Shown piece after piece: positions 35,802 through 44,350 of a stretch of 64,000 nt of DNA. A program made the translations under genes and the position numbers. The DNA is taken from positions 83,381-147,380 of IMG/VR virus record IMGVR_UViG_3300022555_000011; one strand, given 5' to 3'. Positions within the stretch are counted from its first letter, which is position 1. Every line of letters begins with the position of its first letter. The stretch is from a virus. Its lineage: Duplodnaviria; Heunggongvirae; Uroviricota; Caudoviricetes. A model generated the notes under the pieces. It did not search any database. It saw only the letters and a program-made list of their open reading frames with translations, and had not been told where the DNA came from.

Positions 35802-36194
35802 TCAAACTTTGAATCTCTTTTTCATTTTTAAACATTTGCCTATTACTTTATGCGGATCAAATTTTTTAGTTATTTTTTTATATGTTGGTTTTTGATGAAA
35901 AGGTGTCGCACCAGACGAACCAGATGTTCCTGTAGAAAAATATATCAATGGTTTATTATCACCATAGTTGTGAATTATATTTTCATCATATAGTAATTTG
36001 AATAATTTGATTATTTGACCATTAGTTGTGCTTATGTTTAATAGTTTCAACTTCCTAATATTAGTTGATGATAAATGATAACATGTTTGTACAACAATAC
36101 CATTTATTGAATCTTCCACAATTTCAATTTCAGGAAAAGTGTGAATAAATTCTCTAATTATTTCATTGTTACTATTTACTATTTTAAAATACAT
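35802..36194 (-). CDS. hypothetical protein (MYFKI family, intact paralog)
   Basis: ORF track. Confidence 0.45.
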   Translation of the reverse strand: MYFKIVNSNNEIIREFIHTFPEIEIVEDSINGIVVQTCYHLSSTNIRKLKLLNISTTNGQIIKLFKLLYDENIIHNYGDNKPLIYFSTGTSGSSGATPFHQKPTYKKITKKFDPHKVIGKCLKMKKRFKV

Positions 36195-36634
36195 TTTCTA
36201 TTTCAAATTTTAATTTTTCAATTAAAATATCAGCAATTGACATTTCTGGAGTTTCACTAGTATTGATATTTAGATCGAAATTTAAATCAGTAGAAGAAGG
36301 TTTTGAACCACTTGATCCACTTGTTCCACTTCTACCATTTGTTCCACTAGAACCAGTAGTACCAGATTCTTGATAAAATTGAGGTTTTTCTTCACTAAGA
36401 GTAATTAACTCTTTATCGTACAATAATGTTTGCAATGTTTTCAATCTTTTTTTTTGCAGATTCATCATGCAAACTTAGAATTTTAATTTTTCTAATTTGT
36501 TTTATGTCTAGATAATAGTAATCCATAATTGGATGTTTAAATCTATCATCATTCATTTTTTCTACTTCTGAAAAAGTACTGATAACTTTATCAATTTCTT
36601 CTTTTTCTTGCCATTTTTTAATTGTAAAATACAT
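36184..36634 (-). pseudogene. MYFKI-family paralog split by frameshift at an A9 tract (pseudogene or slippage-dependent)
   Basis: ORFs 36413..36634 and 36184..36468 match N- and C-parts of 35802..36194; frames switch at A9 (36447-36455). Confidence 0.4.
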
Positions 36635-36865
36635 AAACTTTTTTTATTTTTTATATACATAATCTAACAATTAGTTTAGATAAAAATATTTTGAAAATAA
36701 ATTAAACTTTTCAATTTTCCTAAACTATAAACTTATTACACTTTTCTGAAAAGAAAAAAGTTCATTGGAAATAGAAAAATATGACATTTTTTAAAAAATA
36801 TATAATAATGTTGAAAATTTCTTAAACTTTTTAATTTTTTTGAAATAACAATATATTCGTTCTTT

Positions 36866-37275
36866 GACAAAACATAAAAATTATTGATGAATACATACAG
36901 CGACAAAAAACCCTTATATGGAAAAAATCGTATTCAGTTAATTTTTATAAAAATATAATACTCATAAAGAATACATTCTGCAAAATCTAAAAACTAGATA
37001 AATAACAGAAAAGCTGTGAGTGTGTAAGTGTTTTTAACTTTTCTAAGGTTTCCACTTTGTTTGCACACCACTATAAATAGGCTAAAACAGAACAAAAAAT
37101 TTTGAAAAGAAAGTTTACTCTGGGTTTTTGAGAAAAACCCTTGTATTCTGTTGAGATTTTCACATCTAGACCTATGGATCTGTACGGATTCGGCTGGCCT
37201 GGAACAAATCCTAGGTTTTGATACCTGGGTGAAGATCCCAACTAAATGAATTTTTAGTTGGGATTTTTTATTTAA
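36866..37275 (+). ncRNA. candidate structured non-coding transcript / long 5' leader
   Basis: about 650-bp ORF-free region, TTGACA-like element near 36866, local GC-rich hairpins, ends in terminator. Confidence 0.25.
37243..37275 (+). terminator. intrinsic terminator upstream of 37312
   Basis: ATCCCAACTAAATGAATTTTTAGTTGGGATTTTTT. Confidence 0.6.
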
Positions 37276-37298
37276 TAACAAAAACAAAAAAAAACAAA

Positions 37299-37305
37299 AA
37301 GGAGG
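37299..37305 (+). promoter_or_regulatory. strong Shine-Dalgarno AAGGAGG 7 nt upstream of ATG 37312
   Basis: seen in sequence. Confidence 0.6.
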
Positions 37306-37311
37306 TTTATT

Positions 37312-37746
37312 ATGCAATCAGCATCAAATTTAGTAAATGTGACAAGACAAGAAAATACCTTAACAAATAATGGTATGGTAACAAATTCAACCAGTTTGAA
37401 TTCAAATGTTGATATGTTCTTTTTAGCGGGAGCTTCAAGGAAAATGTCAGAAAAAGATATTGAAACCCTTTTCCAAAAGGCGATTGTGGAAGATCCATCA
37501 GTTGCTTTAAAACTTATGTTCTGGTCAAGAGACCCAAGAGGTGGAGCTGGAGAAAGAAGGTTCTTTAGAATTTGTGCTATGTTTCTTCGTAAGAATTATC
37601 CAGAATATTTACTTAAAAATTTGAAACATATTGCTGAATATGGAAGATATGATGATTTGACTTTTTTGTTGAGCGAAGGTGAAAATGATAAAGTGGATAA
37701 AGAAATTCTATCATATATAAAAGAAACTTTAGAAGGTGACAAATGA
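37312..37746 (+). CDS. N-terminal piece of a DUF2828/TROVE-vWA-like protein
   Basis: FWSRDPRGGAGERRFFRICAMFLR; gene interrupted by LAGLIDADG ORF. Confidence 0.45.
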   Translation: MQSASNLVNVTRQENTLTNNGMVTNSTSLNSNVDMFFLAGASRKMSEKDIETLFQKAIVEDPSVALKLMFWSRDPRGGAGERRFFRICAMFLRKNYPEYLLKNLKHIAEYGRYDDLTFLLSEGENDKVDKEILSYIKETLEGDK

Positions 37747-38611
37747 TTATATTGATTTTAGTGTAATTGACTCTGAATTAAAAGCATATTTAATTGGATT
37801 TTTTTATGCTGATGCTACTTTATCAGAGTATGTGATTTCAGTTAGGTTATCAATAAAAGATAAAGCACATCTTGAGAAATTGGCAAATATTTTAGATAAG
37901 CCAACTTCTATTAAAGATGTAAAAAATAAAAATGGTAAAATTTATAAAGCGATTGGTTTTAATATATGTAGTAAACAAACTGTTGACTCATTGAGAAAAA
38001 TTGGATTTGTTGTAAATAAGACTTATCAAATTGATGATGTTGTTTTTAATAATGTTCCTGATAATTTAAAAAGACATTTTGCCAGAGGATTTTTAGATGG
38101 TGATGGTACTATATTTTTTTCAAAATGGAAAGATAAAAAACATAATTGGAATAGAAATCCAAGATGCTCTGTCGGTTTTGTTTCTTATAATAGTAGATTA
38201 TTAGAAACTATTAAAAATTGGTTACAACAAGTTCTAAATTTGGAAGATAAAAATATTAAAAGTGATAATTTTGAAGATTTAGAAAAAAATGAAAAATATT
38301 GGAGACTTATTTATAGTGGAAATAGAGTTAGTAAAAAAATATTAGATTTACTATATGATAATTCCACAATTTATATGGACAGAAAATATGAAAAATATTT
38401 AGAAATTGCTGTATATACACCTAAAGGTTATCATTTTAATACTGCTGAAAAAGTTTGGAAGGTTCCTTATAAGGATGAATTTAATAAACAAAAAGCAAAG
38501 AGATTTAAAGATGAAGTTGATGCACAGAATTTTTTAAAAGATATAAAAAACAATAACAATAAAAATAAAATTAAGACGTATGAAAAATTTATTAGCAAAA
38601 TGGTTAAGTAG
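37736..38611 (+). CDS. LAGLIDADG homing endonuclease (GTG start)
   Basis: KAYLIGFFYADATL and FARGFLDGDGTIFF double LAGLIDADG motifs. Confidence 0.7.
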   Translation: MTNDYIDFSVIDSELKAYLIGFFYADATLSEYVISVRLSIKDKAHLEKLANILDKPTSIKDVKNKNGKIYKAIGFNICSKQTVDSLRKIGFVVNKTYQIDDVVFNNVPDNLKRHFARGFLDGDGTIFFSKWKDKKHNWNRNPRCSVGFVSYNSRLLETIKNWLQQVLNLEDKNIKSDNFEDLEKNEKYWRLIYSGNRVSKKILDLLYDNSTIYMDRKYEKYLEIAVYTPKGYHFNTAEKVWKVPYKDEFNKQKAKRFKDEVDAQNFLKDIKNNNNKNKIKTYEKFISKMVK

Positions 38612-39563
38612 AAAAGGATATGAATTTAACAAGGTTCGTAAGTATATGGGATTATCCCCAAAGGAATATCGTAAACTTGTTGTTGGTTTATCAAATACTG
38701 TTGAGCAAAAAATGTGTGCAAAGGATTGGGAAGAAATTACCTATTCACATGTACCTTCAGTTGCTATGAACAAGTATAGAAAAGCATTCTTAAAGAATGA
38801 TATGGGCCGTTTCAATGAGTATATTGAACTGGTACACGAAGGTAAGGAAGAAATCAAGGCTGGTGTTTTGTTTCCACATATGTTATATGAAGCTTGGAAG
38901 AGACATGAAGATAAAAGAGCAGTCGAGGCACAATGGAATAATCTTCCAGACTTCATGGCAGATTCGAATGAGAGAGTCATTCCAGTTTGCGACGTATCAG
39001 GTAGTATGTCAGGTCTTCCAATGTCAGTTTCAGTAGCATTGGGTGTATATATGTCTGAAAGAAATAGAAGTATTTTCAAGGACGCATTTATTACATTCTC
39101 AAGTGAACCAACAATGCAATATTTGAAAGGTTCATTGTATGAAAGACTTCGTCAGTTGGAAAGTGCTGAATGGGGTATGAGCACTAACTTAGAAGGTGTT
39201 TATAAGTTGATATTGAATAAAGCAACTAAGAATAACCTTCCAGAGAGCGAAATGCCAACTAAAATATTGATTATTTCTGATATGGAATTTAATCAATGTG
39301 CTCAAAATGGAAATGATACTGCTTTATCAATGATAAAGAGAATGTATTCTGAGGCTGGTTATAAATTGCCAGATATCATTTTCTGGAATGTTAATGGTAG
39401 ACTTGGTAATGTTCCTTCAAACTTTAAAGCAAAGAATGTAGGACTAGTTTCAGGATTCAGTCCAGCAATATTAAAATCTGTTCTATCAGGTAGCATTGAT
39501 ACACCAGAAAGTTTGATGTTGAAAACTATAAATAGTGAAAGGTACCAACCAATCACAGCTTAA
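38580..39563 (+). CDS. C-terminal piece: vWA-domain protein
   Basis: VIPVCDVSGSMSG MIDAS motif; ILIISDMEFNQ. Confidence 0.55.
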   Translation: MKNLLAKWLSRKGYEFNKVRKYMGLSPKEYRKLVVGLSNTVEQKMCAKDWEEITYSHVPSVAMNKYRKAFLKNDMGRFNEYIELVHEGKEEIKAGVLFPHMLYEAWKRHEDKRAVEAQWNNLPDFMADSNERVIPVCDVSGSMSGLPMSVSVALGVYMSERNRSIFKDAFITFSSEPTMQYLKGSLYERLRQLESAEWGMSTNLEGVYKLILNKATKNNLPESEMPTKILIISDMEFNQCAQNGNDTALSMIKRMYSEAGYKLPDIIFWNVNGRLGNVPSNFKAKNVGLVSGFSPAILKSVLSGSIDTPESLMLKTINSERYQPITA

Positions 39564-39564
39564 A

Positions 39565-39595
39565 TAAAAAAAACCTCTTCGGAGGTTTTTTTATT
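39565..39595 (+). terminator. intrinsic terminator
   Basis: AAAAAACCTCTTCGGAGGTTTTTTT. Confidence 0.7.
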
Positions 39596-39909
39596 TTAAA
39601 TATTTTTGTATATTTGTTGTAATAAATATGTAATTATGAAAAAAAATAAATCTGATAGAATCAAACAGGAGTTTTCAGAAAATAAAGATGGTTCAAGATC
39701 ACCATAATCTATACCACAAATAATCGCCATTAGTATTCGTTATTCTTAATATTTAATTTTTCTTGTAATTCTTCAAGTGTGTATTTATTATATGCTGCTA
39801 TTAATACTTTTAGTTTTAATTCATCATTAATATTTTCTGGTTTAATTCTAAGATCATCAGGCTTACTTCTAGCCCATCTTCTATTTTCACTTGTAATCAT
39901 ATTGTTTAA

Positions 39910-40983
39910 TTATTTTTTGAATAAGTCTGAAATAGATGCGTGTGTATTTACTCTATTTATAGACTTTGCTATTAAGTCTGCTACACTTATAACTTTTATT
40001 TTATCTGATTTGATTGTCAATGGAATTGTGTCAGTGATTATAATTTCTGTAATTTTAGATTTTTCAATTCTCTCATATGCTGGACCTGATAAAACTGCGT
40101 GTGGAATACAAGCTCTTACACTTAATGCTCCTTTTTTGTTTATTAAAATATCAGCGGCTGTAGTAATTGTTCCAGCAGTGTCAATAATATCATCAATAAA
40201 AATAACATTACAACCATTAACGTCTCCAATAAGTTCCATTTTATCTATCGTATTTGCAACACTTCTTTCTTTATACATAAAGATCATTCTAGTCTTAAAG
40301 TGCTCTGCATAAGGTTTTACTCTTTTTCCGCCACCTTCATCTGGTGAGCCAATGACCATATTTTTAAGGTTTAATGTTTCAATATATGGCATAAAAACAT
40401 AAGAACTTTTTAATGCGTCAACTGGAATATTGAAAAATCCACTAATTTGATCTGCATGAAGGTCTATTGTTATGATTCTGGTTGCTCCTGCGGTTTGAAT
40501 TATGTCCGCTAACATTTTAGCTGTGATTGGAACTCTTGGTCTATCTTTTCTATCTTGTCTTGCCCATCCAAAGTATGGAATAACTGCAACAATGTCTTTT
40601 GCTGATGCCCTCTTAGCTGCATCAATCATTTGAAGTAATTCAAAAACACTGTCAGATGATGAGATGAGATATTTTAGATATTCTCTGGCTTCTTCTTGTT
40701 TTTCTGGTGGTATAAGTTGTACTATTCTCTCAGCTTCATTATAAGATGAATATAGAGAGGATATGAGGAAGACCTTATCACCTCTTACATTTTCATCTAA
40801 ACCATGGCAAAACTCACCGTCTGAGAAAACTTTGAAATTACTTTTGCTTAGTTCGACACCATATGAAGAAGCTATTTGTTCTGCTAAATAGATTGATTTA
40901 GAACTTGAAAAAATTTTTACTGACATATTTTCTTTTAATTTGGGGTTTATATGAAAAATATTGTTAAAAGTTTTGTTCGTCAC
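39910..40983 (-). CDS. prs: ribose-phosphate pyrophosphokinase (PRPP synthetase)
   Basis: GWARQDRK, DLHADQISGFFNIPVD, DDIIDTAGT. Confidence 0.85.
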   Translation of the reverse strand: MTNKTFNNIFHINPKLKENMSVKIFSSSKSIYLAEQIASSYGVELSKSNFKVFSDGEFCHGLDENVRGDKVFLISSLYSSYNEAERIVQLIPPEKQEEAREYLKYLISSSDSVFELLQMIDAAKRASAKDIVAVIPYFGWARQDRKDRPRVPITAKMLADIIQTAGATRIITIDLHADQISGFFNIPVDALKSSYVFMPYIETLNLKNMVIGSPDEGGGKRVKPYAEHFKTRMIFMYKERSVANTIDKMELIGDVNGCNVIFIDDIIDTAGTITTAADILINKKGALSVRACIPHAVLSGPAYERIEKSKITEIIITDTIPLTIKSDKIKVISVADLIAKSINRVNTHASISDLFKK

Positions 40984-41038
40984 GCAATATAAGAATCTTT
41001 TTTAAAACAAAAAAAATTCAGATTTCTCTGAATTTTTT
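40950..41038. repeat. direct repeat copy A (about 88 bp, includes prs 5' end, A-run, terminator hairpin)
   Basis: near-identical to 41959..42046. Confidence 0.6.
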
Positions 41039-41040
41039 AT
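41012..41040. terminator. bidirectional terminator (inside repeat copy A)
   Basis: AAAAAATTCAGATTTCTCTGAATTTTTT. Confidence 0.6.
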
Positions 41041-41054
41041 TTTAACATTATTTA

Positions 41055-41807
41055 TTAAATACTAACATCTTTTATAACCCAAAGGTCATCTGCCAAATTA
41101 TTATTTGTTACATAAGCATAAGGTATAGTGAAATAGCCTTTCATTCCCCAATTTGGACCCCAACTATTTCTAACAATGAATCTTTGTGTAGAATCATCAT
41201 AACCAACACAAAGAACAGCATGACCACCAAGCACAGTTTCATTTTTAGCTGGCATTGGTACAATCCCAGTTTTTGCAACAGTATCAGATTCAAAACTTGT
41301 ATAGACTGTAAATCCAAATACAAAAGGATCACCAGCAGCAAGACATTGTTTAAGAGAATTCAAATCTTGTGGTACTCTTGAATAAACTTTAGATACATAT
41401 TTTAATCCTTCTTTAAATGCCGTTGTTGATGGCTTTGTTTTAAATTTTGAAATAACATATGGCCAAGTTGTTTCATTGCAAGCACCTTGTGTGCTCACAG
41501 CTTTCATACCATCACGTATCATTGCACCAGAATCTTGTTTTACTGTATTTTCAATAACTCTTTCGTTATAATATATAAATAATCTAGATGGCACAAAAGG
41601 TTTAGGGTCTTTTTTCTTTATTTGTTCATATTCTATTGAGCCAGCGATTGCATTTCCTGTGCATGATCCAAGTTGACCTTGATCATAAACTGGTGGACAT
41701 AAAGGTGATAAATCAACCTTAGGCGGCAAAGTAATGGGAGCCATTACTTTATAAGTGTAGTCTCTTTGATCTGGTAGATCAGGCTTCCAACCATAATTTT
41801 TTTTCAT
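41055..41807 (-). CDS. papain-like (C1A) cysteine protease
   Basis: QGQLGSCTGNA (Cys), GGHAVLCVGYDD (His), NSWGPNWGMKGY. Confidence 0.75.
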   Translation of the reverse strand: MKKNYGWKPDLPDQRDYTYKVMAPITLPPKVDLSPLCPPVYDQGQLGSCTGNAIAGSIEYEQIKKKDPKPFVPSRLFIYYNERVIENTVKQDSGAMIRDGMKAVSTQGACNETTWPYVISKFKTKPSTTAFKEGLKYVSKVYSRVPQDLNSLKQCLAAGDPFVFGFTVYTSFESDTVAKTGIVPMPAKNETVLGGHAVLCVGYDDSTQRFIVRNSWGPNWGMKGYFTIPYAYVTNNNLADDLWVIKDVSI

Positions 41808-41958
41808 AAGTTTTTTTTTATTCTATATATTAATAAACAAAAAATGAAAAATTCACTAAATAAATAAAAATAATAAATAGACATTATGCTAAGTTTTTTT
41901 GGTGGTAAAAGTAAAATGGGAGAATGGATATATCAATTCATTCCAAAAGATATAGCAA

Positions 41959-42046
41959 CGAAAAATATTGTTAAAAGTTTTTTATACTGAACGAATCTAC
42001 GGAACTTTTTTAAAACAAAAAAATCCAGATTTCTCTGGATTTTTTT
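41959..42046. repeat. direct repeat copy B
   Basis: GAAAAATATTGTTAAAAGTTTT...TTTTAAAACAAAAAAATCCAGATTTCTCTGGATTTTTTT. Confidence 0.6.
42018..42046. terminator. bidirectional terminator (inside repeat copy B)
   Basis: AAAAAATCCAGATTTCTCTGGATTTTTTT. Confidence 0.6.
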
Positions 42047-42062
42047 GTTTATATTTTTCAGA

Positions 42063-42893
42063 TTATTTGCCTCCTGCGTTATAAACTGGTGTTGCACTAC
42101 CAAAGATGAAGGTAAGATTTGCATCTTTTTTATCTTTAACCAATTCAACTTTTTCTTTCTCAATTTCAAGATGCCTTAAACTTAGATATTCTGAAACTGA
42201 CATACCCATTTCGTTTTTATATGCCTTGTCAGCAATAGCCTTATTGATTTCTGCTTGTTTCCTTGCGAATTCGGCATCTGCCCTTGCATTCTGTGTTAGA
42301 ATACTTTGATTTTGTGCGGCTGTTAATTTAGTTTCTGTTAATACTTGTTCTGGTGGTGTAATAGCACCAATGGAAACTTGAAGAATTTCAACAGGCAAAT
42401 TTAATTTCTTTGCATAAGCAGTAATGTCTGTAAAAATGTCTCGTTCAAGTTGTGCAGAAATCTCACGTTTACTTGCCAAGTCAAACATCTTAAATGCACA
42501 AGCCTTGTCTCGTACCATTGTTCTAAATGATGCTTGTAAACTATGTTTATACCATTCTGCGGAAAATTTTTCATAAAGTACTGGTGTATTACCACTTTGA
42601 ACTAGAACTTTAAGATATGCACTAAATGAAACTGGTGTGTTATCAGAAGGAATCATATTTACGAAATCTTCTGTAATTGTTTCAGGAGTGATGGCGAACT
42701 CTTTATGATCTGTAGTGAACACACACCAAGTAGAACCTGCTGAAACTGGAGTCTTGTCAACACCACCATGACCAAAGAACATAGGCTTGTAAATCAACAC
42801 AGATTCAACACCTGCATCTGGCTGAACTCGGTAACAACTTGTCAATGACAATGCAAAAAGCAACGAAAGAAATAGAAACTTAAAATTTTTCAT
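42063..42893 (-). CDS. SPFH/band-7 domain lipoprotein
   Basis: lipobox LTSC; Ala/Gln-rich C-terminal helix typical of SPFH. Confidence 0.55.
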   Translation of the reverse strand: MKNFKFLFLSLLFALSLTSCYRVQPDAGVESVLIYKPMFFGHGGVDKTPVSAGSTWCVFTTDHKEFAITPETITEDFVNMIPSDNTPVSFSAYLKVLVQSGNTPVLYEKFSAEWYKHSLQASFRTMVRDKACAFKMFDLASKREISAQLERDIFTDITAYAKKLNLPVEILQVSIGAITPPEQVLTETKLTAAQNQSILTQNARADAEFARKQAEINKAIADKAYKNEMGMSVSEYLSLRHLEIEKEKVELVKDKKDANLTFIFGSATPVYNAGGK

Positions 42894-42953
42894 GTTTAGA
42901 AATTTTATGTGAATAATGTTTATAAGAATGACTACAAAGATAAAACTAATTTT

Positions 42954-43133
42954 TTAAATAAAAAAGGAATTTCCACAATCTGGACAATATTTTTCATCTA
43001 TTTCATCTTTTGAAAAAGATTTATCATAAGTACATTCGCCAACAACATCTTCAATTTTCAGATCATTAAAACAATAAGGACACTGCATTATAGCATCCTG
43101 TTCCCTCATTGTATCTAAATCAAAAAAACTCAT
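42954..43133 (-). CDS. small zinc-ribbon protein (59 aa), not in ORF track
   Basis: hand translation MSFFDLDTMREQDAIMQCPYCFNDLKIEDVVGECTYDKSFSKDEIDEKYCPDCGNSFFI. Confidence 0.35.
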   Translation of the reverse strand: MSFFDLDTMREQDAIMQCPYCFNDLKIEDVVGECTYDKSFSKDEIDEKYCPDCGNSFFI

Positions 43134-43187
43134 AATATTTAAGTATTTATTATGGACAAAGATAATTAAAATATTTCAACAATACAA

Positions 43188-43337
43188 TTATTCTCGAGCT
43201 TTTTTTATAAGAAATTCAATATATTCAGATTTGCTTAATTTTTTTTCTTGTAGATATTTTTCAAGTTTTTCATTAAGTTCTTTATCTATTGTTATTCCAA
43301 TAGATTTTTTTTTTGATTCTGATTTTGGTCTTACCAT
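43188..43337 (-). CDS. ribbon-helix-helix (CopG/Arc-like) small DNA-binding protein (49 aa)
   Basis: hand translation MVRPKSESKKKSIGITIDKELNEKLEKYLQEKKLSKSEYIEFLIKKARE. Confidence 0.4.
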   Translation of the reverse strand: MVRPKSESKKKSIGITIDKELNEKLEKYLQEKKLSKSEYIEFLIKKARE

Positions 43338-43434
43338 TTCATTATGATTTTTTTTTATTATAGTCAAAAAAATATTTAAAAATGGAAAAATATGACTTTA
43401 TTTTATTTATATATACCTATAAAATACCTATTTT

Positions 43435-43614
43435 ATGAAAAAGATAAAAACTAAAGAAAAGATTTCAGTTGCTTTAAGCATTGAAATTAGAGAATATTTA
43501 AAAAGTAATATTGAAAACACTTCAAAATATATTGAATATTTGATATATGAGGATTTGATTAAAAATAATGCAATTGAAAAAAAAGAATATTATAGTTATG
43601 AAAAAAATATGTAA
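43435..43614 (+). CDS. ribbon-helix-helix-like small protein (59 aa), divergent from 43188..43337
   Basis: hand translation MKKIKTKEKISVALSIEIREYLKSNIENTSKYIEYLIYEDL... Confidence 0.35.
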   Translation: MKKIKTKEKISVALSIEIREYLKSNIENTSKYIEYLIYEDLIKNNAIEKKEYYSYEKNM

Positions 43615-44335
43615 AAGATGTGTTGAGGATAAGAATGTTGAGGAGTTTAGAAAACATATAGGAATTTGTAAAAAATGCGAGGCTGAAAAATCTTTAGAAT
43701 ACTATAAAGACAATAAAGAAAAAATAAAAGAACGGTCTAAAAATTATAACAATACATATAATGGTAGTGATAAATGTAAGGAAACTAAAAAGAGATGGAG
43801 AAAAACCAATGTTGATAATATAAAGAAATATAATAAAGAAAAACATATAAAGAGTTATCCAAATAATAAAATAGAAATATGTGAAAAAAATAGAAATTAT
43901 CGTAGTAATAATTTAGAAAAATTTAGAAATAGAGAAAAAATAAAAAGGGATGATGATTCATATAGAGAATATAGACGAAAATATATTAAAGCACATTCTG
44001 AAAAAAATCCTCATGTCTATGCTTGGAGATCGTTATTAAGAAATGCTTTAAAAAGGCTTGGTATGAAAAAAGAAGGTAAGACTATTGACATATTGGGATT
44101 TTCAGCATTAGATTTAAAAATAGTCATAGAAAATAAATTTACTACAGGAATGACTTGGGAAAATTATGGAGAATGGCACATTGATCATATAAAGCCAGTT
44201 ATATTATTTGGTTATGATACTAATCCTTCTATTGTTAATGCTTTGACTAACTTGAATCCAATGTGGTCTACAAATAGAGTTATTGATGGAATTTTATATG
44301 AAGGAAATTTAAACAAAGGAAAGAAATTTAACTAA
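43568..44335 (+). CDS. HNH homing endonuclease (paralog of 2802..3503; likely start MKKICKRC near 43598)
   Basis: CKRC...CKKC; WHIDHIKPV...NLNPMWS.N. Confidence 0.7.
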   Translation: MQLKKKNIIVMKKICKRCVEDKNVEEFRKHIGICKKCEAEKSLEYYKDNKEKIKERSKNYNNTYNGSDKCKETKKRWRKTNVDNIKKYNKEKHIKSYPNNKIEICEKNRNYRSNNLEKFRNREKIKRDDDSYREYRRKYIKAHSEKNPHVYAWRSLLRNALKRLGMKKEGKTIDILGFSALDLKIVIENKFTTGMTWENYGEWHIDHIKPVILFGYDTNPSIVNALTNLNPMWSTNRVIDGILYEGNLNKGKKFN

Positions 44336-44350
44336 ATAAAAATAAAATCT

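Noticed and set aside
36994-37317. 107-aa minus-strand ORF in the long intergenic region
   Set aside because: It is a low-complexity Phe/Leu-rich translation of an AT-rich leader. It overlaps the terminator and SD of gene 37312 and is more likely non-coding.
37736-38611. Intein interpretation of the LAGLIDADG ORF
   Set aside because: It is not in frame with either flanking ORF. It has no Cys/Ser-initial and His-Asn terminal splice residues. A free-standing or intron-borne endonuclease is more likely.
39729-39900. Apparent small minus-strand ORF downstream of prs (MITSENRRWARSKPDDLRIK...)
   Set aside because: Careful re-reading shows an in-frame TAA after 24 codons (four A, not three, at 39843-39846). 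It is not a real ORF.
39779-40312. ORF 39779..40312(+) and small ORFs 41141..41341, 41184..41381, 42106..42309, 42401..42595, 41933..42169
   Set aside because: They are antisense to well-supported genes (prs, C1 protease, SPFH) or lie inside the direct repeat. They are low-complexity and hydrophobic.
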